A stretch of 64,000 bases of DNA from Octopus bimaculoides (GCF_001194135.2 NC_068982.1:155631039-155695038); one strand, 5' to 3'. Shown: positions 51,601 through 64,000, counted from the stretch's first letter. Numbers and translations: made by a program. Notes: generated from the letters alone by a model not told the origin.

Positions 51601-54600
51601 AAGGTTTCTATGGATCGATGCCCTCCATAATGTCACCCACTTTACAGAGTATACTGATGTATTGAGTGCTTCTGTTGTGGCACCAGCACAAAAGAGGTTA
51701 CCAAGTAACAGGCAAGACAAGATTCCTGTAATAGAGTAAGGGGTTCAGTATCAAGGGAAGTGGATTTGTGCCAGGTGTTGAGAGGCTAAAGTATGACAGA
51801 GGAGATACATAGTTACATCAGCAAGAAAAGAGGAAAGAATGGCGAAAAGATGTCAGGGCATAGCCTCATGGTATAAGAAGGAGAATAAAAAGAGAATAGG
51901 GAGTAAGAATAGAGGGTGATGAGAGTGTGAAAGAAAAGTGACAGACTGTAAAGATGAGGACAGAAATGAATGCTGTGAATGATGAACATGGATGGAGGTG
52001 CAGACGATGGTGAATCTCAGTTTAGGGGAATGTGAGGAAAATAGGAATGGATTAGTGAAAAGAAGATAGGTGGAATAAAAAAAAAAAAAACGAGAAGTGT
52101 TGGTGGAGAGCAATAGTATAATAAAACTAAAACGAGAAGTGTTGGTGGAGAGCAATAGTATAATAAAACTAGGTAAATGAGAAATAAGGAGATTATGTAA
52201 AATATGGGTGAAAGAGAAGTTGAAGAGACAAAGGTCAGAGGCATGCAGGACTGGATATTGAATAATAACAGAGATGGGGCATTGATGGCAGATACGAGAT
52301 GGTGCTCAGTGGAAATAAAGTGGTAAGGGATGTTGTTAGGAGAATGGGATGATTGGTAAGGGAAGTGGTTCCAAACAGAAGGACAACTGGCAGAATGAAA
52401 AAGTGGAATGGAGTATGTGCACTTCAGGTCTCATATAATTACAGCAACTAAGGAAATAGTGCCATGGCTAGAAGATTAATGAAGGATGAGTGTTATGAAG
52501 ATGATTTTCAGGAAAGGTACAAATTGGGTGTAGGGGTATAGATGTGCACACATAAAAAAATCAATTTTAAAACAAGGATTATATATATGTGTGTGTGTGT
52601 GTGTGTAAAGTAGCAGCACATCAAATGATGGTTACATATGAGGGGAGAGAGGAGAGAGTGAATGATATTAAATATATTGGCTTCAAATTTTGGCATAAGG
52701 CCAGTAATTTTAGGGGAGAGGGTAAGTCAATTACATTGATCCCAATCCTCGACTGGTACTTATTTTATTGAGGATGAAAGGCAAAGTCGACCTCAGTGGA
52801 ATTTGAACTTGGACGAAATGGCGCTAATAATTCTGTCAGCTCGCCACTCAAGTGATATTAAATATATTGAAATGAAAATTAATTAAAATATGGAGTTATC
52901 TCCCCTTATGTGACATATCAATAAACAAAGATTATTATTGTTAAAAGAAATAATTATACTGATATATCTAAAAATTGAGCTTTATTTAGTTTTCCATTTA
53001 GTCATTATGAGCATCTCTATATTTTGCAGAGTTTCTACAGTAAAAATTAGTTAGGTACTATGTACAATACAATTAACATTTGTTTTTCTGCATCAAAACG
53101 TCAATTACCAAATGGATTTTGTGCAGAAACAGTGATGTCAAATCACTAATACCAAATTGCTTGTGGAAAAATGTCCATAACCATGAAAACAGAGATGGTG
53201 ATAATGATGATATGGAGGGTACTATAGCAGTGTAAATGAAAATATACAAAATAAATGGGTGCAAGTATGTACTTGTGTTTGAGAAGTTCACTTTCCAATC
53301 AGGTTAAACTGTATTATGTGGTACCTTTGACAAAGGTCTTCTACAATAATACTGAAAACATCTACACTTGGTGAGTAAAATTAGGAGGATGGTCAGTGTG
53401 TGGCAGTCTGTAAAATAGATTGTATATGTTCTTCTGTGGTAGACTTCATCTATCTCTAGGTTAAACACTATCATCTAGTCTTTGTATGCTTTTAATAGAG
53501 TCCATTCAGTTGCAGTCACAGTGGACAACAATTCAGTCAGAGAATTACTCAATATTTTGATGTGCTATTCACAACTATTGCAACCTATGTGTTGTAGCTT
53601 TCCCTTCTTTTATACCAATCTTCAGTTTTCTATCATAAAATCAAGGAGACTACAGTACAATAAAGGAGTGAAATCATTACAAATGTAGTTGTATATATTC
53701 GAGGTACTGACTTTACAAACCATCAAGTCATTTCAATGTTTTTCCAATGTCTCATTGAAGATCAAAATATGTTTATAATCAACAATTTACATGATACTTA
53801 TATAGGAAAAATAAAACATGCACAAAAAATATACTACCTTAAGGAAAGTTCTAGATTAAAAAAACCCAAACAACTGCACCAATAAATCTACTAATAATGC
53901 AGATTATTCTGATGCAATGGATCAACTGCATTTATAAGGGTCTTCAACTACTTCATTTTAATTGTATTTTAATCCTTGAAAGTCTTTTATGGGCCAATGA
54001 TTAGATCTGGAGTGAGAGCATAAACCAGTTGAAAAAGATTGACTCCTGGATAGGATACCAGAGTTTGAAAAATTTAAATTTTTCATGCTCTAAAATTATG
54101 AGTTAAAATTAGTAAAAGCTGAACATTAAGAGTATAAATGAGCTTCTGGTTAAGCATGTCTAACTCAGCTTTTCTATTTCATCTTTCTGGGATCCATAAA
54201 GTAAAAGTACATCTCCAGAAGTGTGGGTTGGAACTGTTGGGGCATTGCACAAAATGTTTAACAACATCTGTTCAGCTTTCAGCATTGAGTGCCTAGGGAA
54301 GTGTGGTGACCTTGTCTGTATTAAACCAACAGGACAGTATTTTGTAAAAAAAACAAAACAAAATGCTTGAAAGACATGTAACTTTTGTATTCTTACATGA
54401 AAGTTTCATGACAAGAACACAGTTTTTATTAAGTAATTCATCAGGTGATGTTCACAAACTGATAGCTCAAAAAGGAATATTGAGCATATATGTAACCAAA
54501 ATAGTTAATCATTTATTACCATCAAAGCAAGGCAGTTGAATGATAGAAAAGATAGAATACCAGCCAAAATGCTACTATAGTATTTGTTTTAGTCCCTTGT

Positions 54601-55992
54601 TATAATTTCATTCACATCTCAGACGGTTTATAGGAATACCAAATTGGCACTAGTACTTGTTTAGTTTATTTATTGACTTCTGGAAAGATGCGTGAAAGTT
54701 GATCTCAAAAAGTAAAGGGTCATTTCTAAATGCTGTAGGCATTTAGTTTGACACTCTTTTGTCTCTCTCAGCCTCAGCATGAATCCTGATGTCAACTTTG
54801 CCTTTGTTTCTTTCAAGGAGTTGACAAAACAAGTAATAAATATTTAGTGAAGTTGATTTCAATTAACTACACCCTCACTCCCACTATAAGTCTGTAGCCG
54901 AGTACTAATATCAAAAATAGAATTTTGTCTTTTACTCTCTCATGTTAAAAACAGACTGGTTGTATTTGACAGTGAACTTAATTAATAAAAAAAAAAAGCT
55001 GAATGGAAATAATTATTCAATGAGAAAGAAAATCGTTAGTCTTTTACTTATACTGTTTTGATTTGTTCAACATGTACAGGAGAAATCTTCAGACATATTT
55101 TGATTTTGCTATACCTTTTTGGGGAATCTCTAAACATTCATATGTAAAAAAAAAACAATTATTATAGAAGACACTAGCTGACAGAGTCCACAAAAGTAGA
55201 AAGGAAACTTAAATCACATGGTCCTCAAGCTGACTTCTTAACCACATAACTATATCTCTACTACATGCATACATACATAAATTGCAGCTGAAATGGCAAA
55301 ATGGACATAGATTTAAGATAATAAAGGCTTTTACTGACAGTGTTAAAAGAAAGCTGAGGTAGTAGCACTTACCTGTGTTTGTGGAAGAAAAGAACAGCAC
55401 ACCACATACTGACAAGGATTATTCCAATCATTTCACAGACTTCAAAGGCCCATGGAACATAAGGCATATTATCCAGAAATATATCAGGAAGAGGAGGATA
55501 TTTACGCATATCAGGAACTCGTTCATGGACAATGACCATCACAAATGACGTAATTAGAAAGACGGTGAATATATAGAAAAAACTTAAAACTGTTTTCCAA
55601 ATTTCTGGATCAAGATGTTGTGACTGAGCTCCTGACACTTCATCACAATCTTCAAACAATGATGTATCAGACTGGCTTTCTACAGGACTAGGCAGATTCC
55701 GTCGGCGTACAGTCATTCTGCTGCTGTCCACCTTACGGACATAGGAATGGTTGCAATTTGTTAAAGAGTTACCTGCAGTTACTTGTAAGTGTTGTACATG
55801 CAGCATAAGGCGTTTAATATCACCAAGGACTGGAATTGCTATTGGTTCCTGCTTCAGGTCATTCTCACTGAGTGTTAACAGCACCTGCCCATCAATGCGA
55901 TGAGTCTCGGTCAGTAGATACACATACTCACCAAAGCCATTTTGTGTAAGCCAGTCTGCTACTTGGACACAATTCCATTTAGCAACATCCAT
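45361..55992 (-). CDS. SAMD8: Sphingomyelin synthase-related protein (SMSr): exons 55992-55373, 50814-50697, 47771-47624, 45677-45361 (400 aa from this ATG)
   Basis: N-terminal SAM domain (W...QVADWL..NGF..Y...[11 protein letters not shown]...DL), then [20 protein letters not shown] and HEHYSIDV catalytic motifs. GT-AG introns with phases 2,0,1; exon lengths 620+118+148+317 = 1203 nt, in frame. Confidence 0.95.
45908..46425 (-). mobile_element. RTE 3' end with a tandemly repeated terminal-coding unit, in a SAMD8 intron
   Basis: GACCTTTGGCATTATGTTGTGCTTGAGAAGAAGAC terminus; three roughly 35-bp repeats at 46315-46425; (ATC)n tail at about 45909. Confidence 0.75.
47624..47771 (-). CDS. SAMD8: SAMD8 exon (DNDIWAKL...[10 protein letters not shown]...FISE)
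   Basis: ggtacAG acceptor, GTaagt donor, 148 nt, phase 0-1. Confidence 0.92.
48228..48760 (+). mobile_element. Older internally deleted copy of the same maT family, in a SAMD8 intron
   Basis: TA|CAGGCTGCAACAGGTATTT TIR-like start; translation ...[43 protein letters not shown]... and NSQDLNP parallels 59671-60679. Confidence 0.7.
50697..50814 (-). CDS. SAMD8: SAMD8 exon ([39 protein letters not shown])
   Basis: ttttcAG acceptor, GTatat donor, 118 nt, phase 2-0; absent from the ORF track. Confidence 0.93.
52087..52170. repeat. Perfect 42-bp tandem duplication in a SAMD8 intron
   Basis: AAAACGAGAAGTGTTGGTGGAGAGCAATAGTATAATAAAACT, twice. Confidence 0.95.
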
Positions 55993-56009
55993 CTCTCTTA
56001 AATATTCAT
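55373..56009 (-). CDS. SAMD8: SAMD8 SAM-domain exon (acceptor at 56011-56010, internal ATG at 55992)
   Basis: ggtttttAG acceptor, GTaagt donor; encodes the SAM domain and first TM helices. Confidence 0.93.
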
Positions 56010-56034
56010 CTAAAAACCATAGAAAGATAATATT

Positions 56035-56740
56035 AATAATAATAATAATAATAGTTTCAAATTTTAGTATAAGGCCAGCAATTTCAGGGGAGGGGATAAA
56101 TTGATTACATTGACACCAGTACTCAATTGGTACTTACTTTATCAACCCCAAAAAGACAAAAGGCAAAGCTAAGCATTTTGTCTGGTGTGCTCACCACCTT
56201 AATAATAATAATCCTTTCTACTAAAGGCACAAGGCCTGAAATTTTTTGGGGAGGGTCTAGTTAATTGTATTGACCCCAGTATGCAACTGGTACTTATTTC
56301 ACCGACCCTGAAAGGATGAAAGGCAAAGTTGTTCTCGGCAGAATTTGAACTAAGAAGATAAAGATGGACAAAATGCTGCTGTTTTGCCTGGCTTGCTAAC
56401 ATTTCTGCCAGCTTGCTACCTTAATAACAATAATGGTTTCAAATTCTAACACAAGGCCACCAGTTTCTGAGGGGAGGGGGCTAATTGATTACATCAACCC
56501 CAGCACTTGACTGGTACTTATTTTACCAATCTGAGAAGAGTGAAAGGTAAAGTTGATCATGATAGAATTTGAACTCAGAACATAAAGATGGATAAAATGC
56601 TGCTAAGAATTTTGCCCAGTGTGCTCATGATTCTGCTAGCTTGCCACTTTCATAACAACAACAACAGTAACAATAACAACAACAATCATAAGGTTTTCAA
56701 ATTTTGGCACAAGGCCAGAAATTTCGGAGGAGGGGGTTTG
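56035..56740 (-). repeat. Head-to-tail stack of about four SINE family B copies separated by (AAT/AAC)n tails
   Basis: Units begin (+ strand) at about 56035, 56200, 56422 and 56655, each with tttc..a/t....cacaaggcc and gtacttatttt; the last is truncated. Confidence 0.85.
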
Positions 56741-56920
56741 ACGGCAGATACAACAAAACAGAATGACTAAAATGATACCAGAAACATCAAAAACCTACAT
56801 AAAGTAAATCTAATGTAGCATACAAACAAGTCTTCATTTCCAAAAGACAATACTGTACACACCTCAGGTGTGAGAGCCTAGTAGTGTGAATGTACACCAA
56901 GTAATATGATCGAAACTCAC

Positions 56921-56939
56921 ATGAAATCGATGAAAACAT
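56921..56939 (-). CDS. SAMD8: Probable SAMD8 first coding mini-exon (MFSSIS-), adding 12 aa in frame (412 aa total)
   Basis: gtcATG TTT TCA TCG ATT TCA T|GTGAGT strong donor; splices in frame to 56009 ([12 protein letters not shown]). CpG-containing context with GCGCATGC at about 56963. Confidence 0.55.
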
Positions 56940-57169
56940 GACAATAAAGAGAAACAATCCAGGCGCATGCAGTAAATAAATTGTTAACAAAAGACCTCAA
57001 ATGTAAAAATATTTTTACAAAAAATACTTACTTACAAATTTTTACATATATATATATTTACTTACAAATATATATATCTTAATATATAAAATGCTAAGTC
57101 ATGTGTAGAGTTTTGGTTGGCTTCCCTCTTCTGTCAAGCTGGAAGGAAAAAGCAGTAGCTGTGATAGGT

Positions 57170-57209
<40 letters not shown>

Positions 57210-57439
57210 TAAAGTGTTATAAAGACAGGTAGATTAGATAGATAAATAGATAAGTGAGAGACTGATGGAGATGGTCAGTAGTTTGTGATGCAAGCAGTAA
57301 TTAAACTTTGGAAGAGGTGGTTAAAAAAGAGTTAAAGTGAAACAGATAGTGTAAGAGAGAAGATGGAAACATATAAAGTTCAGCAATAAGGAGGTGAAAT
57401 TAGAGGTGATGTTGGGAAATGAAAAGAATGGTAGAATGC

Positions 57440-57758
57440 TCCCATGCTGGTGGCATGTAAAAAGCACCATACGAGCGTGATCATTGCCAGCACTGCCTTA
57501 CCAGCACATGTGCCGGTGACATGTGAAAAACAACATTCGAGCGTGGTCGTTGCCAGTGCCGCCTGACTGGCCCTCGTGACGGTGGCACATAAAAGCACCC
57601 ACTACACTCTTAGAGTGGTTGGCGTTAGGAAGGGCATTCAGCTGTAGAAACTTTGCCAGATCAGATTGAGCCTGGTGCAGCCTCTGGCTCACCAGTCCTT
57701 AGTCAAACCGTCCAACCCATGCCAGCATGGAAAGCGGACATTGAACAACGATGATGAT
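57440..57758 (+). mobile_element. Longer copy of the (GAT)n-tailed retroposon with a duplicated 5' unit
   Basis: See 34545 copy; followed by (TA)n and a gap. Confidence 0.88.
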
Positions 57759-59552
57759 TATATATATATNNNNNNNNNNNNNNNNNNNNNNNNNNNNNNN
57801 NNNNNNNNNNNNNNNNNNNNNNNNNNNNNNNNNNNNNNNNNNNNNNNNNNNNNNNNNNNNNNNNNNNNNNNNNNNNNNNNNNNNNNNNNNNNNNNNNNNN
57901 NNNNNNNNNNNNNNNNNNNNNNNNNNNNNNNNNNNNNNNNNNNNNNNNNNNNNNNNNNNNNNNNNNNNNNNNNNNNNNNNNNNNNNNNNNNNNNNNNNNN
58001 NNNNNNNNNNNNNNNNNNNNNNNNNNNNNNNNNNNNNNNNNNNNNNNNNNNNNNNNNNNNNNNNNNNNNNNNNNNNNNNNNNNNNNNNNNNNNNNNNNNN
58101 NNNNNNNNNNNNNNNNNNNNNNNNNNNNNNNNNNNNNNNNNNNNNNNNNNNNNNNNNNNNNNNNNNNNNNNNNNNNNNNNNNNNNNNNNNNNNNNNNNNN
58201 NNNNNNNNNNNNNNNNNNNNNNNNNNNNNNNNNNNNNNNNNNNNNNNNNNNNNNNNNNNNNNNNNNNNNNNNNNNNNNNNNNNNNNNNNNNNNNNNNNNN
58301 NNNNNNNNNNNNNNNNNNNNNNNNNNNNNNNNNNNNNNNNNNNNNNNNNNNNNNNNNNNNNNNNNNNNNNNNNNNNNNNNNNNNNNNNNNNNNNNNNNNN
58401 NNNNNNNNNNNNNNNNNNNNNNNNNNNNNNNNNNNNNNNNNNNNNNNNNNNNNNNNNNNNNNNNNNNNNNNNNNNNNNNNNNNNNNNNNNNNNNNNNNNN
58501 NNNNNNNNNNNNNNNNNNNNNNNNNNNNNNNNNNNNNNNNNNNNNNNNNNNNNNNCACACTTCCTGCTTAACACAAACTTTTAACCCTTTTTTTAAACCT
58601 AACACAACTCTCAATTCTCATGCATCCTTATTTTTCCAACCATTATATACATGAACTACCATTGAACTTCAAAAGCTCAAAGACAATATAATGTATTGGT
58701 ATATATATTTTTTTATATAATATTTTCTTCATTTTGTACTTCTTTGTAAAAAACATTTTCATTCTCCTTGAAAATTTGCTTCGCAATGAAAGCCGGTTAG
58801 AAATCTTTATTAAAATATACTTCCAGTTTAGCATTCTGCTTTATTCTTCATTTTCCTATTATTTCTCCACGTGCGGTTAACACAACCCCAGTATTTACTG
58901 ACATATATATATTTATTTGTGTGTCTGTGTTTGTCCTCCCACCATCGCCTGACAACCGATGTTGGTGTGTTTACATCCCTGTAACTTAGCTATTTGGCAA
59001 AAGAGACTGATAGAATAAGTACTAGGCTTACAAAGAATAAGTGCTGGGGGTCGATTTGTTTGACTAAAGGCAGTGCTTCAGTATGGCCGCAGTCAAAAGA
59101 ATAAATATATACATACATGAAGAGTGTACAAAGCTAGATTATCAAGGTGGGTATTGTAAGAGCTCTCACATATAGTCAAAGTTCCGGCTAACTGCATCAA
59201 GTAGAAAGAAGCACCAAGGATCGCTTAAGCTGAGCAATCCCACTGTAATTCTTCTGAAGGGTAAATCGGGGTTCGCTTCACCGGATTATGAATATTTTTA
59301 CGAATATAAATCCAAAGCAATTACAGAGAATATGGAGATTAGTACATTTTCAAATTTTCCCTTCAATTTTGACAGCATAATTAGTTAAATGACAACACGT
59401 GTTTCTGCTGCATAGAGAAAATGAAGTTGCACATGCAACCCACATTATTCTGCTATGCACCTTCATTCAGAGCTTTGCCACAGGTGTGGTCTGAAGCAAA
59501 CTGAAATTATTTATGTGTGGGTAGCTTATATCTTTATTTTACTATGATTTTA

Positions 59553-60787
59553 CAGGGTGTGTAAGGTATTTGAGAACATACCTTTTTTGGGTCATTGCTG
59601 CATTTTTGCTAACTCTGTATAATCTTTGTTTCAGAAAATAATAATAGCAGACCCTCAGCTTACTTAAGAAATGAAGAGGTATGCTGTTATTGTGGTTATA
59701 AAGGTTGAACACAGTGATTTAGAAATATCTTGAGCTTCAAAAGTTGCCAGATCTTTTGCCTACAAAGTTTGTAAGGAGCTAGAGACTGAAGATAGAAACA
59801 TATCAGTATTAAAGCACAAAAAGCATTCTAAATGCTCTGAAATCATCAGAACACCTGAATTTATCCAGCAAGATCAACAGACCATTGATTACAATCCCAG
59901 AAAGTCCATGAGGTCAATTGCAAAAGATCTCCATGTGTCAGAAGGAACAGTTAGAAATGTTGTCTACGAAGACATCAGATACAAGTCTTATATGATGAGG
60001 AAAGGTCAATTTGTCAGAAAATGCAAAAGAAAATCACTACATCATATCTAAAAGGCTCTTAAGCAAATTGAAAAATCCAGCAGGAGAAGATTTGATTTGG
60101 ATTTTCTCAAATGAAAAAAACTCTGACCAAGTTAACAGAAGAAATGACAGATGGTTATGTGCAGACCCTTCTGAAGTTCCATGTGTTATGCATACAAAAC
60201 TTCCTGCAACTGCCATCGTTTTAGGGGGTTGTCAGCAATGAAGGACATGCAATGCCTCCTTACTTCTTTCCACAAGGCTTTAGAATTAACTCTTCTGCCT
60301 ACATTGAAGTCCTGGAAATAATTGTTAAGCCCTGATAGACAGTGTATGCAATGGAAGGCCATATGTGTTTCAGTAAGACTCTGCACTATCACACATGGCT
60401 CTATTTACATAGCAATGGATAGCTGAAAATTTTCAAGATCACATAACCCCTAACATTTGGCCTCCTAATTCCCAAGATCTCAATCCATTGGACTATTACA
60501 TGTGGAACGTTGTTCAGAGAGAGGTCAATGAACACGCCCATAATGCCAAAAATTCTTTGAAAGCTGCCGTAGTCAGAGTAATGTCCAAAATGAATCATGA
60601 CCACTTGATTCGAGCATGTAGATGATTTAGATCTCGTATAGAAACAGCTGTTGAAGCTGAAGGTGGCTTTATTGAATAACATTATAGAAAAGAAGGTTTA
60701 CTTTTATCCTCATAGCATTTTTTGATAAATAAAGTTATGTTTTTTTTTATAAACATAAATCTGACCACAAATATCTTATGCACCCTG
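59553..60787 (+). mobile_element. Full-length decayed Tc1/mariner transposon of the DD37D (maT/Bmmar1-like) type
   Basis: TA|CAGGGTGTGTAAGGTATTTG ... CAAATATCTTATGCACCCTG|TA imperfect TIRs with TA duplication. Transposase 59671-60679 has stops and frameshifts. Motifs IFS(N)EKN, Q*DSA and NSQDLNPLDYY, with exactly 37 codons between the second and third Asp (60377, 60491). Confidence 0.92.
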
Positions 60788-61624
60788 TAGAAAGGAAAGT
60801 GAAGGGAAGATGTTGAAACCTGATATGGTTATAAAATTTACATCGTATTTAACCTCATGATAGCCAAAGTTCAGTGGGCGTTACTGCCTCAAACTTGTAT
60901 TTTATGAAAATTTGAAAATAAAAAAACCCTGCTGTTTAACCACATTGAATTAGCATAGTAGTTAGGCCAACAGAGCTACCTTTTGGTGGTATGTAGGATG
61001 TTGGAAAATGAAGTTATATATAGAATTTATTGTTGTTTCCCCACAAATTATTTTCTACAAATGTAAGAGAAAAAAAACCCACAAAAAATAAAAAAGGAAA
61101 GACAATACTATAATACTTAAAGTACACAAAGCTGTAATGATAATAGAAATAAGGAAAATAAATATTCATAGAGGTATAAGAAGAAAAAGATAAAGGTGAG
61201 ACAGCCACTGGAGAAAACATATATAGGAATAAATCACAGTAATTGTTTTAGTTCTTATTAAATAGATGAATGAAGCAAGTCAACAAGAGTGACCATGCAA
61301 GACCTGCTACAAATACCAGCAGCATCACCCTCAAATATCACTCAAGTTGTATTTTTATACTAAGTAAAGCCTTGCAGAAGATACAATTTCACACAAGTGT
61401 TTTTAATTTACCTACACATCTGTAAGGGTGTCTCTATACAACTTTGAAAAACATTAGTAGATTTACATGAAAGTTAATAGAAGCTGTTACTGAAATGTAG
61501 TTACAGGTGACAGAAAGTGTGTTGAAAATCATGTGTCTTTAGATTGATCTGGCTGCAAAACCACTTTGGCAAAGTACCTGCTGCCATGATTTCAAGTAGG
61601 TGAAACTGTACATGCAGGAGATCT

Positions 61625-61910
61625 TAACCTTTTATCTTTTACTTGTTTCACTCATTGGATTGTCACCATGCTGGAACACTACTTTGAAGGGATTAGTTGA
61701 ACAAATTGACTTCAATACTAATTTTAAGCTTGATACTTATTCTATTAATTTCTTTTGCCAAACTGCTAAGTTACAGGGGCATAAACAAATGAACACCAGT
61801 TGTCAAGCAGTGGTGGGAGGCAAACACATGGATAGACACACACACAGGTGTGTGTGTGTGTGTGTGTGTGTGACAAGCTTCTTTCAGTCCCTGTCTAACA
61901 AATCCACCAA
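61625..61910 (-). mobile_element. SINE family A copy, partial
   Basis: cttttacttgtttca...gcttctttcagtccctgtctaacaaatccac. Confidence 0.7.
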
Positions 61911-62217
61911 TAAGGATTTGTTTCTTCTGATATAACAACACAGACCCTATATTCCATACAATGCAGTGATGTTTTAAGAATTTCATTTCACTTCTCAGAA
62001 GTCTAATCACTGTTGTTTGAAAGCTGATAATGTTTGATAGTTTATTAATGTTGCCTACTAACTACTATTATTTGATTGATATTATTCCTATTTGACAGCT
62101 ATTATTTTGTCTCCAAGGGCAATTTGCTTCTAAAAACTTACATTACAATGCAGAAGTGAAAGAGTAATGATTAGCAAGTCTTCATAAAAAAAAAAAAAGA
62201 GAGACCAGATAGTAACA

Positions 62218-62253
<36 letters not shown>

Positions 62254-62291
62254 NNNNNNNNNNNNNNNNNNNNNNNNNNNNNNNNNNNNNN

Positions 62292-62335
<44 letters not shown>

Positions 62336-63911
62336 TAAAAAATAAGGAGAGAAAAACAGAGGGGAAAGAAAGATATATATAGAGGGAAATGCTCTGCATA
62401 TATATGTCAGAAAAACTATCCAACATTCCCCAACAAAAACCTAACTTACTCATTACCAATTATTGAAAATATGATGGAAAGTCTAGTAGCTTCAAGTAAA
62501 CATTCACAATAGAAAGATGAAAATCAATACACACACAAATCATTTATATTATATGGAGCATGTGCACACGCACACAACACACAAAATTTATCACCATCAT
62601 TTACCATCTTTGTTCCATGCTGGTATGGGTTGGATGGTCTGACATCATCTGATGGGTCCAAGGACTGCGTCATGCTCTGTTGTCTCATTTAGAATGGTTC
62701 TATTCTTAGATGTCCTTTCTAATGCCAACCACTTTACAGCATGTATTGGGTACAAGTAAGTCACTATGAAGCTTGTAAAACTATGAACTACTAGTCTTCC
62801 AAATCTTATAGAGGAAACATTCAACTCAATTGTCCATAATACTATACAACAAGCTAATAAATATTTTTTATTTAAAATTAACACACATTTAAACATTATC
62901 AAAGAATTATTTTAATAAAATTTAAATATAACAAATATAATAAAACACACTAATACTAATAATAAATATAATAAGCAAACCTTAGTTAGAATATAGGTGA
63001 AAGGTTCAGCAAGCAGTGAAATGACTACACCTAAAAGAAGCCATCTGCATCTAACCAACATGCATTTAATGCATAGGATAGTTCAATCACTGGACTCTGC
63101 ATAGGAGTCATAAAACAGTTACAGAAGTCTGGTGCAGGCTTCTGTCTGGCTGGCTCTTGTCAAACCATCTCACCCATGCCAGCATGGAAGGTAAATGTTA
63201 AACGATGATGATGATGCTAATATATAAAACATTAAGATAAAAAGCTCACAATATACATATGAATCCAGTATGTATCGATAAAATTTCTACAATAACTTTC
63301 TAATCTTTCCTTTCACAAAAATCCCTGAAAGCAAGCATAACAGCAGAAATTGGTTGTTAGTGTACTAATGGACTAATAGCTGGAGTAATATGGTCTTACA
63401 TAAATATCAATAGGAAAATCCTAATAACCGTTGTAATTGTTTTGTTGAAGAGGATTTATGATTGTTGAATAATATAAAAGATATTGGCATAAAATGGATG
63501 TGTGTTTATAATTTTCTTTATGACTTGATCATGAGATGACCTTTTGCCAAACTTCTAAGATAGGTTAGAGGAAAGTAGGAATTTGTCCTCAAACTCAAGA
63601 CCTAACCTGAATGCTTGCTACAGAGTGGTCTCTGCTAAAAGCACACAAGGGTCAGGTAGTAGCAGTTAAACCAAGCCATCATTAAGTCTACCAGGCACAC
63701 AATATATGCATGAATATATATATATATATATTTATTTATTTATATGCATATAAGCTCTGATTATTTAAGTGTTCAGTCAAGTAATCTATTAAGAACATTA
63801 ATCAGGTTTACTAATAAGTATACACCAACACTTGAGCAGAATTACAGCCATAATACCATCTAAGCTAGCTGTATAGAGGTACAGAAATTAAACACACATT
63901 TGCAATGAATA

Positions 63912-63948
<37 letters not shown>

Positions 63949-64000
63949 GTACAAGAGTGAGAGAGATATAATGAAGACAAAGCAGGCAGTCCAATTAATG

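Noticed and set aside
57666-58614. Long ORFs (266-303 aa) in the track
   Set aside because: Almost entirely N-gap.
1-63217. Recurrent near-identical 100-150 bp repeat as a CRISPR-like array or conserved ncRNA
   Set aside because: Dispersed, on both strands, with ragged 5' ends and a simple-repeat tail: a retroposon. No regular spacers and no cas genes.

Overview
Eukaryotic, AT-rich, repeat-dense animal genomic DNA with five N-gaps. The SINE, LINE and microsatellite repertoire suggests a coleoid cephalopod, probably Octopus (inference). Four host genes are supported. (1) The last nine coding exons of importin-9 (IPO9, +, 519-11848). (2) An intronless ARL6/BBS3 (-, 31877-32449). (3) An intronless WDR18/Ipi3 (-, 38265-39608). 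(4) A sphingomyelin-synthase-related SAMD8/SMSr (-, 45361-55992, with a probable extra first exon at 56921-56939). The rest is mostly mobile DNA: RTE-type LINE remnants and many 5'-truncated (GAT)n-tailed copies of their 3' end, a CR1/L2-type LINE, two tRNA-derived SINE families, a full-length decayed DD37D maT transposon, TTAA MITEs, an LTR+PBS+gag fragment, an Academ-like remnant and a Helitron-type terminus. The strongest anomaly is an intact IPO9 exon, the one expected just before exon 519, lying inverted about 11 kb downstream of the IPO9 stop codon (22892-23040, -). No rRNA, tRNA gene or CRISPR array was seen. I found no convincing novel multi-gene system; the findings are structural and evolutionary oddities. 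All protein-family assignments are by recognition of motifs, not by database search.
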